From Geosiphon pyriformis uo1 (taxonomy: Eukaryota > Fungi > Glomeromycota): a stretch of 64,000 nt of DNA. Below are positions 41,401-53,795 of this stretch, piece by piece. The notes below the pieces were generated by a model. It was not told the DNA's origin and did no database searches. It saw only the letters and a list, made by a program, of their open reading frames with translations. How positions within the stretch are numbered: the stretch's first letter is position 1; each line of letters opens with the position of its first letter. The position numbers and the translations under genes are program-made. Location: contig JAAOMT010000591.1 in the NCBI GenBank assembly GCA_016748015.1, positions 4,933 through 68,932 on the forward strand, in the 5' to 3' direction.

Positions 41401-42925
41401 GAATTGTCAATCCCCAACAAACTGTTTTTCGTAAACAAATAAATATAAAATGGCTACCTCATGTGCTTTCAAATCAATATCTGTTTCGAATACTATAACT
41501 TTCTGCGCTAAACACTCTGGGTCATTGCACACAAAGTGATCCTGGCTAAAGTGCTCGGCCTAAATGAGTACACGGTCAATTTTGAAAAAAATTATTAAGG
41601 TTAGTCAACATATTAATTAATAAAGAATTTATCGTCATAGTAGGTATTTATCACAAAGGAGGGTCAGAGAAGAAAAAAGCGATTTTCTGAATTATAACCC
41701 TTCAATGAAGAAAGATCAAGTCGGTTTACTTGAAACTTACCAGTGCATCGGCATCGACATAATATTGATGCCTGATCCCACGCCTTTTGCAAATCTCACA
41801 TTGTTGGTGGCGATCACGGCAATGTTCATATAGTTCATCATCACCATAAAATGATTGCTGGCAAAATTCGCACTCAGGATGTCCCTTGAAACCTGACTGA
41901 TCGTACTGATCTCCTTCACGATGATGTCTTTCAAGTTGATTTTTTGTGAAAAGTGATTGTTCATGGGCAAATATTCTTTTGTGTTGAATGCAGATGTTAC
42001 TTTACATTTGAGATTTTTTCCATAATAAAAGTCAAGGAAAGTCAGAATTGTTGAATGGCAAAAAGGCCCACAGACTAAAATGCGAAAAAATGGATCTTGA
42101 TCCCAAACGCTCACCATAAAAATTTATTGTGAACTTGCTTGCAATGTCGCTTCAAAGCAGCCCAGCCTCCTTCACAGAAAACTTCACATCTCGGATCAGG
42201 ACAATTATATCTCAAGATTATCATAGTGTCCTCAAACATTTGTTCAGTCTCGCATGATATATTCAGTTTTTCGTCGATGAATTGAATCTCACTGAGCTTA
42301 TAGTCTTGATACGGCTTTTCAGGATCACTAGTGAATATGACATGCAGCTGCACTGTCTATTAGTCCAGCAAATAAATAAAGTTTGCAGGAATATGAGATA
42401 GATGAATTATTAAATTTTACTCAAGTTTATTGAAAAAGTAAAAAAATTGTGACAGATTTTCTTATTTCCGATCCTCAAGACTGCAATGAATACTATCCTT
42501 TACTCCACCACATTAAATATTTTTGATAAGTCATCGAAAAATACCTTGCAAAATACACAATCCTTAGTTTTCCAAAGAGCCCTTAATCTTAAAGAGCAAG
42601 TATGACAAGTGCGATGATTACAGTCTGCCACTGCATAGTATTGAATCCTCATAGCACAAATGTGACAGATTTCCTTAGAAGAGAAAGAATCCTCCTCCTC
42701 AGAGTTGGCTTCTAGTTTTGCGCGCAACCTAGCGGCAGCTCCAGCAAGCGGATTTTCGATGGGAAAGTTTTGAGGCTGAGAGAAATACCTTTTTCCTCGA
42801 CCACCTCTCCCATGCTGTCCACCTCGACCAGCTCCGCCTCGGTAATGATATCTGTAGTTACCCTCTTCCCTGGCAGGGCCATTGGTGCTGTTATTGTGAC
42901 GATTTTGCTGATCTTGTTGTTCCAT
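38494..42925 (-). CDS. HEL2: Ribosome-collision E3 ligase HEL2/ZNF598
   Basis: RING CHIC...CNHRTCHTCSLRLRALWKTKDCVFCK followed by C2H2 fingers (GFKGHPECEFC...LYEHCRDRHQQCEIC), repeated FPSL motifs and a C-terminal KKQKRK...LL tail. About 7 introns. Confidence 0.9.
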
Positions 42926-43434
42926 ATTTGTTACTATTAAAGCAGCGTGCAATTGGAGAGTGTTAGAATGCAAATCTTTGGAAATATGTTTCAATGAATA
43001 ACCTTTGTTCAGACGCAGTAATGCTGCGTGAATAGTTTCAAATAATGTATGCGTATACTTTTATTGGAATTTATTACAAATATTACAAATACATATTAAC
43101 AAATGGCCGAATTATTTTAATTTAGTACTAAACTCAAAAGTTATATGCAACAAAACCAGAGAAGCAATTATGGCTTTGGTTATTGAAAAAGCATTATCTT
43201 TATCTTTTCGCTGGCTTCCTCCTCAGCACTCAGAATACCATCGCTGTTATCCCGGCTGTCACCAAGATGGCTGGAAATAGTCATAAGGAGGATCAACCAC
43301 ACCACAAGAGGAAGAGATGCAAACGCGGCGGTCTTTCCATCATCTTCTCCACTGACCACTAACCACTTCCTCCTTTTCGCTGCGATGCGACTCCATTCGA
43401 GATGAATGAATATGGTAAGGAAGGAGATTTAGAT

Positions 43435-44060
43435 TTTTTTAATTCAGTAGTTTTGCAGCCTATCATCAATTACAGAACTCGGTTTAGTTTCATACCTAAG
43501 GGTGTTTGCGAAAAATAAAAACATTTGATCAGAAAGGGGTTGAGATTTAAGGCGAATCTGCCTAGGGATTTCCCAAGTAGAGCAATACACCCTTTATTGC
43601 ATGGCTTAAGGCCTTTTGAACAAGTCTAGGCTAAGGGAAAGATGTCTTTGGTGTTGACTTTCTCAAATGCTAGGAGGGTCTTTCAGGCATAAGTTGTTGG
43701 ATTTGCAGGTTTTGAAGTGGGTATTTCAAAATTCATTGCAGTTTTCAGTAAAACTGAGAATTATTTCTTCAAATAATTTTTTAATAGAAATCACAAGAAT
43801 TTTTTTGGATTGCAATGTTACTTTAACCAACAGCATGCTCAATGCATTTCGTTTTTTATAATAGCATTTTGGTAATGGATGTTTTGGGGCATTCAAAGTA
43901 TTTTAAAGTAAAAAGATCTTTTAAACAATTTGGAATTGCTTTTGCCAACCAGCTCTTAAATAATCATGAAATATGTTTTACATGGAAAAACTTTTGTTAT
44001 TAAAAGCATTTGAATCTTAAAGACCCAGTTTTTGCTTGGTTTATATACACATTTGATTTT
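43435..44060 (+). mobile_element. Internal LINE ORF2 fragment (region after RT), decayed
   Basis: VLQPIINYRTRFSF, RKGLRFKANLPRDFP, FRHKLLDLQVL and FGIAFANQLL...WKTF, with stops and frameshifts. Confidence 0.75.
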
Positions 44061-44468
44061 ATTTTGAATGGTAGTTTTATTAATAAAAAGTGCTTATGCT
44101 TAATGTTATGCATAAACAAAGTATATATAATACATTATTACTTATAAAAAAAATGAAAAAATAATAGTTAAAAAACATATTACATAAATTAGCCAATCAT
44201 ATATTAAAAGTAATTAAATAACATAATACCAAAAATATTAAAAATATTAAAAATTTTAAGAATGCCAAAAATATTAACAAAAATATAAAAATAACTAAAA
44301 ATATTAAAATATTTTGTATTATAAAAGTTATATATATATAATATTATTATTAGAAAAAATAACATTCAAATTTAAGTAAATATTTAACAATTAAAACAAA
44401 TTTATTTTTTAATAAATTACATTTATTATTTACAATAAAAATTTATTTATTAAAATTAAATTTATAAA

Positions 44469-46748
44469 AACTCTTTGTCTCCTTAATTTTATGACCATAA
44501 CTAAAGCAAAGAGTAAAAGAGCTGCATCTGATATCTGTCCTGAGATATCTAATAAAATTTCAACCAAAGGAGCTCTCTTTGTTGTAAAAGCAACTAGGCA
44601 AAACGTTTTAGAAACCTTCTCCCTATCCAGTAATTGTAATAAGCTGCCTTTGGTAGCCACTGAAGCAACTTCTTTATCTTTGGCTGGTTTCTCACCAGTC
44701 AAAGTCCCCTCAAAAAGACACATCTGGGTTAGTTTCAGTGTTGCCTCCACTCCAACCAAGAGCCCAAAAGTTTTTAGTAATAGACCAGTGAATAAGCTGG
44801 TCTTTCTCTCTATAGATTTAACACCTGGTGCTTCTAGCACCACCTCTTCAAAAAAAATGGTCAAAAAGACCAGAAGTTCAGAAAAGTGGGGGCAGTCGCT
44901 TGTCTCTGCTATTGTTACACCAAATCTCTTTGTGGTTCCCAATGAGATTTTAGATGAGATCTCTATAACATCATCTGGCATATCATCCAAGATGGGCCAA
45001 GATCAACTACTGGCTGTGTTGCCAAATATGGTGTCTTCCGGCAGATCATCGCTGGTTTTAGAAGCAAAACAATCTTCTTCTGTTAGGTCACTTGTTCTTG
45101 AGAACTGGGCTGATCAAATGGAAACTGATTCATCTCCTCCTTTAGTTTCTGGTGCTACTTCTGGTGGTGCTTGGGAAACTATTACTAGTCATCAAAGGTT
45201 TGCTGAGTGGGTGGCCTCCACTCTGGTGTCTGGTGCTACTTTTAGGATCAAATTGGCTCATGTTAAGGGTGTTTTTCAGTTTGTGCATGGTTTCTTGGGT
45301 GCTAAATCTGTTTCAAAAGACAATGTGAAGCTTTTCTGTGTGAAGTTTACTTCTCAACAATCTTTGAAAGCTGTGTTTTTAGTTGAGCTTACAAGTTCTG
45401 TTTATTTGGCCACTCTTAAAATTGCCAAGTTTTTGGTGGTTTCTGAAGCTGGTTTCTCTTCTGCTGCTGTTGTGCTGTGTGATGTGCCTTTGAGTGTGTC
45501 TGCTGTTGACATTAAGTTGGTTCTCAGTGTGTTTGGTAGTGTCGCTTATGTTGTGCTGAAGCCTGCTGGCATTTGGCAGTATGTGGTGATTTATTTTGAA
45601 AAGTTGGACTCTGCTGTGTCTGCCTTGAAACATTGGTTAGTCTTGATGGACAAGGATAGTATTAGAATCTTCCCTCTAGTAAATCAAAATGAGACTATTT
45701 TGTCTCATGATAAGTTTAAGGCCAAATTGGTCAATCTTTCCCCTGGTTGTACTGCCTTTGAAATCAGTGATATGATTTCTCAGATTGGTGGTTAAACATG
45801 TTTTATCCTTCGTTCTTCTGATTCTGGTCATCGTTTCTAGTTCGCTTTGGTTATATTTGACTTTCAAGGTGATTTGGATTCTGCTGTAGTTAAAACTGGT
45901 ACTCTAAGGAAATGCCGTATCTGGTGGGAAACTCTTGGCTGCTGGTGCTGTTTTAGGTGTCAAGAAATGGGCCATCTGGCTGTGGATTGTAAGATTTCCT
46001 CACCTCCCACTCCCAAGGTTCCCAAGGTTTTCAAGTCTCGTTTTGTGGGTTCTGCTTCATATGCCAAGACTGCTGCTTCTTCTGGTCTTTCTGAGTTTCT
46101 TCCTTTGGTGGCTCCTTTGGCTGCTTCTGTTGCTAATCTTGCTGTTGGTTCTAGATTGGACTCTTTGGAAAAGCAGATTTCGGATTTGGCTGCTCTGGTT
46201 AAGTCTATTGTTGAGTCTGTTGGTTCTTTGGTTGCTTTGGTGTCTCATCTTTTTGATGATAATGCTGCTAAGGCTGTTCAGGTCGAGAAGGATCTCATTT
46301 CTATGAAAAGTACTGCTAACAATTTTTTTAACCTCTTGGTTGGGGTCTCCAAGGACATTGCTTGTCTTAGATCTGAGGTTGACTTTGGTGATATGAATTA
46401 TGATAGTATGCTAGCTGCTAAGCCTTCCTTTTTAAGTGAGAACACTATTGAGTGTGTTATTGCTTTGTGGCATATGTCTGATGCTGAAACCAGAGGCAAT
46501 ATTGAGTCTACTAGATTGTTTTTTAGTGAGTTTATTTTTGACTCTAAGAATCTAAATAGTATCATTGAGAGAATTTGTGGATTAGAATTATTCCCACCTA
46601 CTTTTGATTCAGCATAGTGAGTCTTTGATTGGGCCAAATGTCTGATCATGTGTAAAAAATGCATGATTTATGTCTATAATATAATTCCTTATGTGGTATC
46701 ATAGTTTTAGGTAGTATTTGGGTCTCACTCATTAAAATATAATAAAAA
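44469..46748 (+). mobile_element. ORF1-only non-autonomous non-LTR retroposon (half-LINE)
   Basis: 17-bp TSD aaaattaaatttataaa (44452-44468 / 46749-46765), about 22-nt 5'UTR, a single ORF1, a LINE-homologous 3'UTR and an A-rich tail. Confidence 0.85.
44491..46617 (+). pseudogene. LINE ORF1-like protein (RRM-like domains, CCHC knuckle, coiled coil), 708 codons with 2 in-frame stops
   Basis: ORFs 44491-45795 and 45847-46617 are in the same frame. Zinc knuckle CFRCQEMGHLAVDC; RRM-like segments VVLCDVPL and AKLVNLSPG; heptad segment SRLDSLEKQISDLAALVK. Confidence 0.82.
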
Positions 46749-47006
46749 AAAATTAAATTTATAAATTACTATCTATATTATTAAATACTTATTTTAACAC
46801 TTAAAATATTAATATAATTAATATTAAAAACATATATTTATAAAATTTTACATATTAAAACAATAATTTTTGATTATAATTATTAATAAAATATTAATTT
46901 TCAATTTTTTTTTGGTTTTGTTGTTTAAACTAATTAATTAAAAAATACTGACATTATAATATTATAAATAATTTGATAAAAAATATAAAATTAAATACAG
47001 ATAATA

Positions 47007-47871
47007 TGTTATAACAGAGGATAATTAAGAATAACATAGAAAAACAAAGCAATAATAGAAATAGCAAATCAATAGTTAGCAATAATAAAACAATCAAAAG
47101 CAATTCTATAAAACCAAAAGAATGTATAAAAGTGAGTAATTACAGAAGCTAGAAAGAATGATATAGATATAAACCACTAGACAAGAATTAAATATCTTTA
47201 TTCTTTTCATTATTTATTCTATTCTATTTTCATCTTCTAAAATAAATCAATTATTAAGAAATCAGAATCACAAATTTATGTTCTTAAATTTTGTAAACTT
47301 TATATGAATTAACTATTGTTTTATATCTTTGTTCCAGAACAGATGTTCTTAGTATAATTGCCTCAAACTATTAATAATTTGAACCAATTGCTTTTGATTA
47401 TAATAATTGATAATATTAATTCTTTTCTTTCTTCTTTTTATTTTTTTTCTTTTTATTTTTTTTCTATTTTTTTCTTTATTCTTTTGTAAAGCAGCAACAT
47501 AGTAAAATCAATTGTCTGGAAATAAATTTCGTAATAATCTGATAAAAAAAAAAGGTTTCTCCTAAGTTTTGAATATTAATATTATCTTGTTAGCTTACCT
47601 GAAAAGCAAAAAGACAATGCCAGACCCTAATGACTGCACTTATTAGTTTGAAAAAGATAGCTTACATTTATAAGAAGTTGCAATTAGCAAAAGCCAAATC
47701 TCTGTGCTTTATAACCAAAAAACTCAATAGATAAATTCACAACCAGTAAATAAGACCTTCAGAAACTGATAATCAAGACTAAGCCAGTGGAATTACACAA
47801 AAAACACAGCACCAATAATTGAGAGCACCAAATATTACTATTTTTTTATTTTATCAAGTATACCCATAATA
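47007..47871 (+). repeat. 5' LTR of Gypsy element A
   Basis: Starts TGTTAT, ends ATAATA (ATAACA with C>T), and is immediately followed by a PBS. The partner LTR lies outside the window, so the start is inferred. Confidence 0.65.
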
Positions 47872-47889
47872 TTTGGTGCTTTTTGTGAG
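47872..47889 (+). promoter_or_regulatory. Primer binding site of element A
   Basis: tt-TGGTGCTTTTTGTGAG directly after the LTR; same TGGTGCT core as the PBS of element B. Confidence 0.75.
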
Positions 47890-47932
47890 GTTATAAATCC
47901 ACAGAGACAAAGCACCCCAAAAATTCACAAAA

Positions 47933-50900
47933 ATGGTGACTATTAGAACAATAGAAAAAGATCACACTCTATACAGAAAAGCATTATTTTAACACTTTTG
48001 GGAAGACTTAGAAATACTTGCAAAAACTGTTATTGTAGAAAACCAATTTTGTGACTATCTGCATGCAAAAATCAACTGCTTTCTAGGCCAAATGACAGAC
48101 ACTGGGAAACTTAGAGAACAAATTCATCAAAAATTATTAGTCCACTCAACAAATACTACTATCCAAGTCATAGCTGAAACACTTCGTATACTCAATAAAG
48201 ACATTGAGTACTATACAAAAAAATGCTACTCTCAAGTAAAACAACCAGCAAGGCCCAATCCTAAAAAATATGAGTCCAAATCTGATAGCACAACAGCTGC
48301 ATGAGAACAAGTTCATTCCACAATCAACAAGAAACCAAGGTTTCTTTTCCCAACAACTCTATTATAATATCAGACACCAGAAAATAGAATTGTATTTAAC
48401 CCAATTATAGAAACCCAGACAGAAACACAATGAATTTCCAGAAATTAACACCTATAAGGTCACAACAGTTGGATCAGATCTCTAGAAGAATATAAATCAT
48501 TATTTAGAAACTTCACTCCAATAATCAATAAAACAAACAGAAATATGTTAATGTAAGAATCACTACCAATCCAACTCTTGACCAAATTATCAACTACTCC
48601 CTCTGAAGAAACAGCTATTCTTTAACCCATTAAAAAAATTAACAAAAGGAAACAACCAGAATTAGCACCAAAAGAACTCTCTAGTACACAAACTTCAAAC
48701 TTCTTAGCATCAGCTAGTAAGACTCTACTTACCCATCAGATCATAACTTACCGAAATATTGCCAAGTTAAAAAAATTCTCTGACAAAGACTTTAATGCAT
48801 ACTTGTAAATTGCAGAAACTAAGAAAGCAATTACCACCAACAATTGGGATAATAACAGAGCTATTTAAGCACTGCTATTCTTTTTAACCAAAACTGCAGA
48901 CTTGTAGTATCAAAGTCTGACAGAAAAACCCACCAACTTTATTACCTTTAAACTTGCCTTTTTATGATACTTTTGTGACTTCAATACTCTTATCAGATTA
49001 CAAAATCAATTCAGTATAATAAAACAAAAAGATCACAAAGTAGTAACTACTTATTTTGAATGATTCAACTAAATTCTTTGTTAAATACTGGCAATTAAAA
49101 GAAACTACTACACTGTGGTGCAAGTTTTTAATCAATTTGTCAAAAAACTAAGGAGCAGTTTTCTAAGATCTATGAGACTTCAACATCCAACAAATCTACC
49201 AGATGCCATTGTTCTTGTTCACAATTTTGAGTCAGCAGAACAAGAAGCCAACTATACCAAGCTGTTAATTTAACCATTAATGGAACCATGAACATCAATG
49301 GAAAAATAACCCAATTAAGTAAAAAATTAATTCAGAAAATTGAGGAATTCTTAACCAGTATTACAGGAACTTATTAGCCACTCCAATGAAGAAACAATAA
49401 CAGTAGTAGATATCACTAACAACAGAAATATTAGCAACAACAACAATCTTGGAGATCTAACCTCTGCAATTGTTATTATTGCCAGAAATTTGGACATATT
49501 GCCCAGAATTGCTAATAGAAATTAGCAGACCAGAATCAAAGAACTCAATACTATCATCCAAGATATCTCCAGGCAATAGGATTCCAATACCCTATGTCTC
49601 AGTATTCACTGCCCTAATATGCACAACTAATCATGTATACTCAACAACTGCCTTAGAACTACTATTAGCCATTGCAGCCAATGACTCAAGTAGCACCACA
49701 GTACCAAAATTTCATCTATAATCTATCTAGACCTTATATAATTAACTACAACCAAAGATAGAAGAACTTTAGCAACAATCAGATGCAGACTAACAGTGAA
49801 TCATTATGACTTCTTAATCAGGGTAATGTTCTATCTCGACTAATACCAACTGGATACCTGAATCAAGCCTCATATTTTAGTCTTACTAAAAACCAGAATT
49901 TTTGTAGTTTTACATTTTTAGAAGGGAAGAATGTAGGAAAAATACCCAATTTTTCGAGTCAAAATCAAACCAACAATACTATTCCACTTACCACTATTAC
50001 TAAAGACACCACCATTGCTGCTATCTTCCCCTTCGACATTAACAATCTGAACACCAATAGTTTTTTCAGTGAAGCCATCATTAATCAAGATAAATCAATA
50101 ACTGCTCTGTATATTAATGCTAGAGTTGAAAACATAAACATTAAATTAATCCTCGATAGTGAATCAGCAGGTAGTATAATTATGAAGCAACTTATGGATT
50201 AACTAGGTTATTGAGTAGACTATACAGCTATTGCCTAAATTATAACTGCAAATAGAAATACTAAAACCTCAATAGGAAAAATTGACAACTTTTTCTTCAA
50301 AATCGACAGAATTCAAATCTCTACCAAAATGCTCATTATGAAGGCCACCCAATATCAAGCTCTTTTAGGAAATAATTGGTTAGCCAAAGCTAATACTACT
50401 CTTAACTGGAATATGCAGAAACTACAGATTACTTTTAATGGACAGCATGCACAAGTTCTGGCTATGTGTGAACATTTTAAAGCTCAAAGCCCAGAAAAAC
50501 TGCTGATTGAATTTGAAGACTCAATACTACTACCAACAATAGAGGCTTATCAAGTTTTTTGTGCTGACAATTACTGAGCAGAGTTATTCCTACCACCAAC
50601 TTGAGAAAAAAAAGAAAAAAAAAAGCAGAAAAAAAACTACAATCAGCACCTACAGACTATTTTGCCCCAAGTCAAGAAAGTTAATAATATTAAACTCTGA
50701 AATTAATTAGTGTCAACTATAAGAAAAAGTTATTTTCTATGGGCACATATATTGAAAACAACAAGAAATAGCCAACTGCCACCAAACATTACTGCAGACT
50801 TTGTGTGTTGGAAAGATTTGGCAGACCAAAATAACAAGACAAATAAAACAATACACCATGCTTTGTTTGTGGGAAAATTCTGTCAGATAAAGAACTATGG

Positions 50901-53734
50901 AATAATGTTCCCAGCAAAGAAAAAACATGCAACAAAGCATGTCAATACACCATCTTAATCAATAATTGGATGTGAAAAAAAACACCAATCAAAAATGCTT
51001 GAGGATGAGTACTCAGTAGATTGAATGATTATCTGCATGATAAACATGAAATATGAAGAATGATAAGTGCCAAAGCTGAAGATACCACACTTGGTAAAAT
51101 ATGAGAAATCAAAGAAAATCCATTTACACTAAAATATAATGGACTTGACTACATCACAGAAAATTTTTTTACAGATAACTCAGACATATTTCAAGATCAA
51201 TACCAGGAATTGGCCCCAACTTAAAAAGAGCAAAAACAGCAGTTAGTTGACCTAAACACAAAACTGTATGATCATTGTTTGATCTCTTGTCACTTTCAGT
51301 ATTGCAACAAATGTGATCCCATGTTTAATCCATCTTCAAGAAAACTATATTCAATTACCAAACTATTTAAGCCTGAAGTAAAAAAGGAATTAATTACAGA
51401 GAATATATTATTTTAAGATCCAATTGAGGATACCAAAACAGAACAGTATCTTGCTTATCCAAATCTTTCCAAAGAATTAAAATTAAAATGGTACAGTAAC
51501 AATGAAGAAGAAATCTGTCCCAAAAAAGCACATAACACTAATGCTGGTTTTGATCTATAATACTCTGGACAATCACTTATAGTTATAGTTCCACATTTCT
51601 TTGTAATAATAGATCTTAAGATAGCATTAGAAATTTCTATTAGTATAATGGTACAAGTTGCCTCTCAATCTAGTCTAGCCAAGAAAGAAATCGACATAAA
51701 GAAAGGAACTATTAATGCTGGTTATACAGAAAACATCATCATAATGCTACAGAACAATTTGGACAAATTCTACAAAATAGAATCACAAGAAAAGATTGCC
51801 CAAGTTATCTTCCTACCCCTAGTCAAAATATTCCAAATAATTTCAGTAACAACTTGAGAAGAATTAGGCCTTATTGCCCGAGAAATTAATGGGTTCAGAT
51901 CAAGTAGAAGAGGAAATGTACCAGTCAACTTTACAGAAAAAAACAGTAACCAAGTAGAATCTATCTACACTGACACAGTTATTTCTATTCCCCCATACTG
52001 ACAATATATTCTTAAGATAAATCGAAAAATCCAAAATCAAGCTCTGTTATTCAAAATCAGTTCTGAAATCTGTTTCCTAGCCAATGCTGTTAATCTATAC
52101 CTACCAGCCAAAGCTCATAAATATTTCAAAATCTCCATTCACAACTTCACAGAAGATGTTATTGAAATTTCCAAAGAGACTCTTATTGGTTCCATCTTAC
52201 TAGACATTCAACATCCCAAAAAACCCCAGCCTATTCCAAATTTCACATAGCTATTTTTATTTTGTGATATTATTTCACAAGTATAGAACTTGCCAAAAAA
52301 AAGTTATCTGTTCATGTCAAAAAAAATTAACAAATTACATTTGGAAAACCTGAGTACTCTCCAGCAAATGCAACTTAAGATTCTCTTGAATTAATATACT
52401 GATGTTTTTGCCAACAAAAATAAGTTCAGATGTATTGACATTATGAAACATCAGATTGATATAGGAGATGCTCAATCTATTAAACAATAGACTTACCAAG
52501 TACTTCCATTTGGCAACAATTTTATCAAACAAAAAGTTCAATAAATGCTCGATAATGGCTTAATTAAAGAGTTGTTAAGTCCATGGTTCTCTTTAATAGT
52601 TCTGGTTACCAAAAAAAATAGAAAAGTACAATTCTGTGTAGATTACTGAAAACTGAATAGTATTACTTAAAGAGATAGTTATTCCACCCCTCTCATTCAA
52701 GAAATCCTAAACAATCTAGAAAAAAAGAAATAGTTCTTGTCATTAAACTTAGCCAACAGATATTGACAGGTCAAAATGAATCCCAAAGATAAAGAAAAAA
52801 CAGCATTTATTACTCAAGACAGAAACTTCAAATTCAATGTAATGTCCTTCAGACTCTGCAACACTTCTGCCATGTTTCAATGCCTTATGAATGTCATGTA
52901 TAAAAGAATTTTTTGGAAATTAGTCATAATTTACTTAGACAACACAAACATGTTCTCTGAAATATTTGATGATTATCTACTGCACTTTCAACAAGTCTTT
53001 GAACACCTTCAAAATGCTGGATTAAAACTTAATTCCAAGAAATGTTTCTTTGGGAAAACCAAATTGAAATTCCTAGGACATGTGATCGGCAAAGACAGAG
53101 TTAAACCCAACTTAGACAAGATCCAAAAAGTTAAAAATTTTCCAGCCCCAATTAATCTTTAAGAGTTACAAAAATTTTTAGGATTGGCAAGATACTACTG
53201 TTGATTTGTTAAAAAATTTTCAATTATTGCAAAACTTTTTCACCACTTGTTGCCCAAATATGTGCCATACCTATGGAAAGAAGATCAACAAAAAGCCTTC
53301 AACTATTTTAAGCAGCAACTGATTACATCCCCAATATTAATCTATTCTGATTTCACTAAATGTTTTATTGTTGCTACAGATGCTTCAAAAAACACACTAG
53401 AAGCCGTCTTATCGCAAATAGAACTAGACAACAAGAAATATTTAATCATGTATATTAGTTATAGCACAAGTTCAGCTAAAAAAATTTACAGCACAATGGA
53501 TCAAGAATGTCTTGCCATCTATTGGGCAGTACAAACGTGAAAACACTACCTCAGTTAACTATTTGACCTATATATAGATTATAAGAGACTGATTTGATTA
53601 CTTAATAACTTACAACTAAAAAAAAAAATGTAAGATAGAGTATTTATTTGCAACAATTCTCATTCAAAGTTCATTACAAAGAAGGATTTAAGAACACCAA
53701 TGCTGACAGTTTGTCAAGAATACCACAAACCTAA
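47933..53734 (+). pseudogene. gag-pol of element A (CA, CCHC, protease, Cys-rich domain, dUTPase, RT, RNase H)
   Basis: CNCYYCQKFGHIAQNC knuckle, LILDSES protease, dUTPase (NAGFDL; QVASQSS; GTINAGYTENI), RT (KTAFIT; MSFRLCN; YLDN), RNase H (ATDAS; NTNADSLSR). Numerous stops. Confidence 0.88.
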
Positions 53735-53795
53735 TTCCAGATCTATGGACACACTTACTTATTAATGACTACATCAGTACCTATTGATACTACAT

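Noticed and set aside
40500-41460. snoRNAs in the two ~400-bp HEL2 introns
   Set aside because: The introns are unusually long for this window, but I found no convincing C/D or H/ACA box arrangement.
23761-42925. Minor (U12) introns in the host genes
   Set aside because: All donors I inspected are ordinary GT types (GTAAGT, GTATTT, GTGAG etc.); none is RTATCCTT.
45793-45840. Programmed readthrough or alternative genetic code in TE ORFs
   Set aside because: The stops are of all three types, fit C>T/G>A decay of CGA/CGG/CAA/TGG codons, and are absent from host genes.
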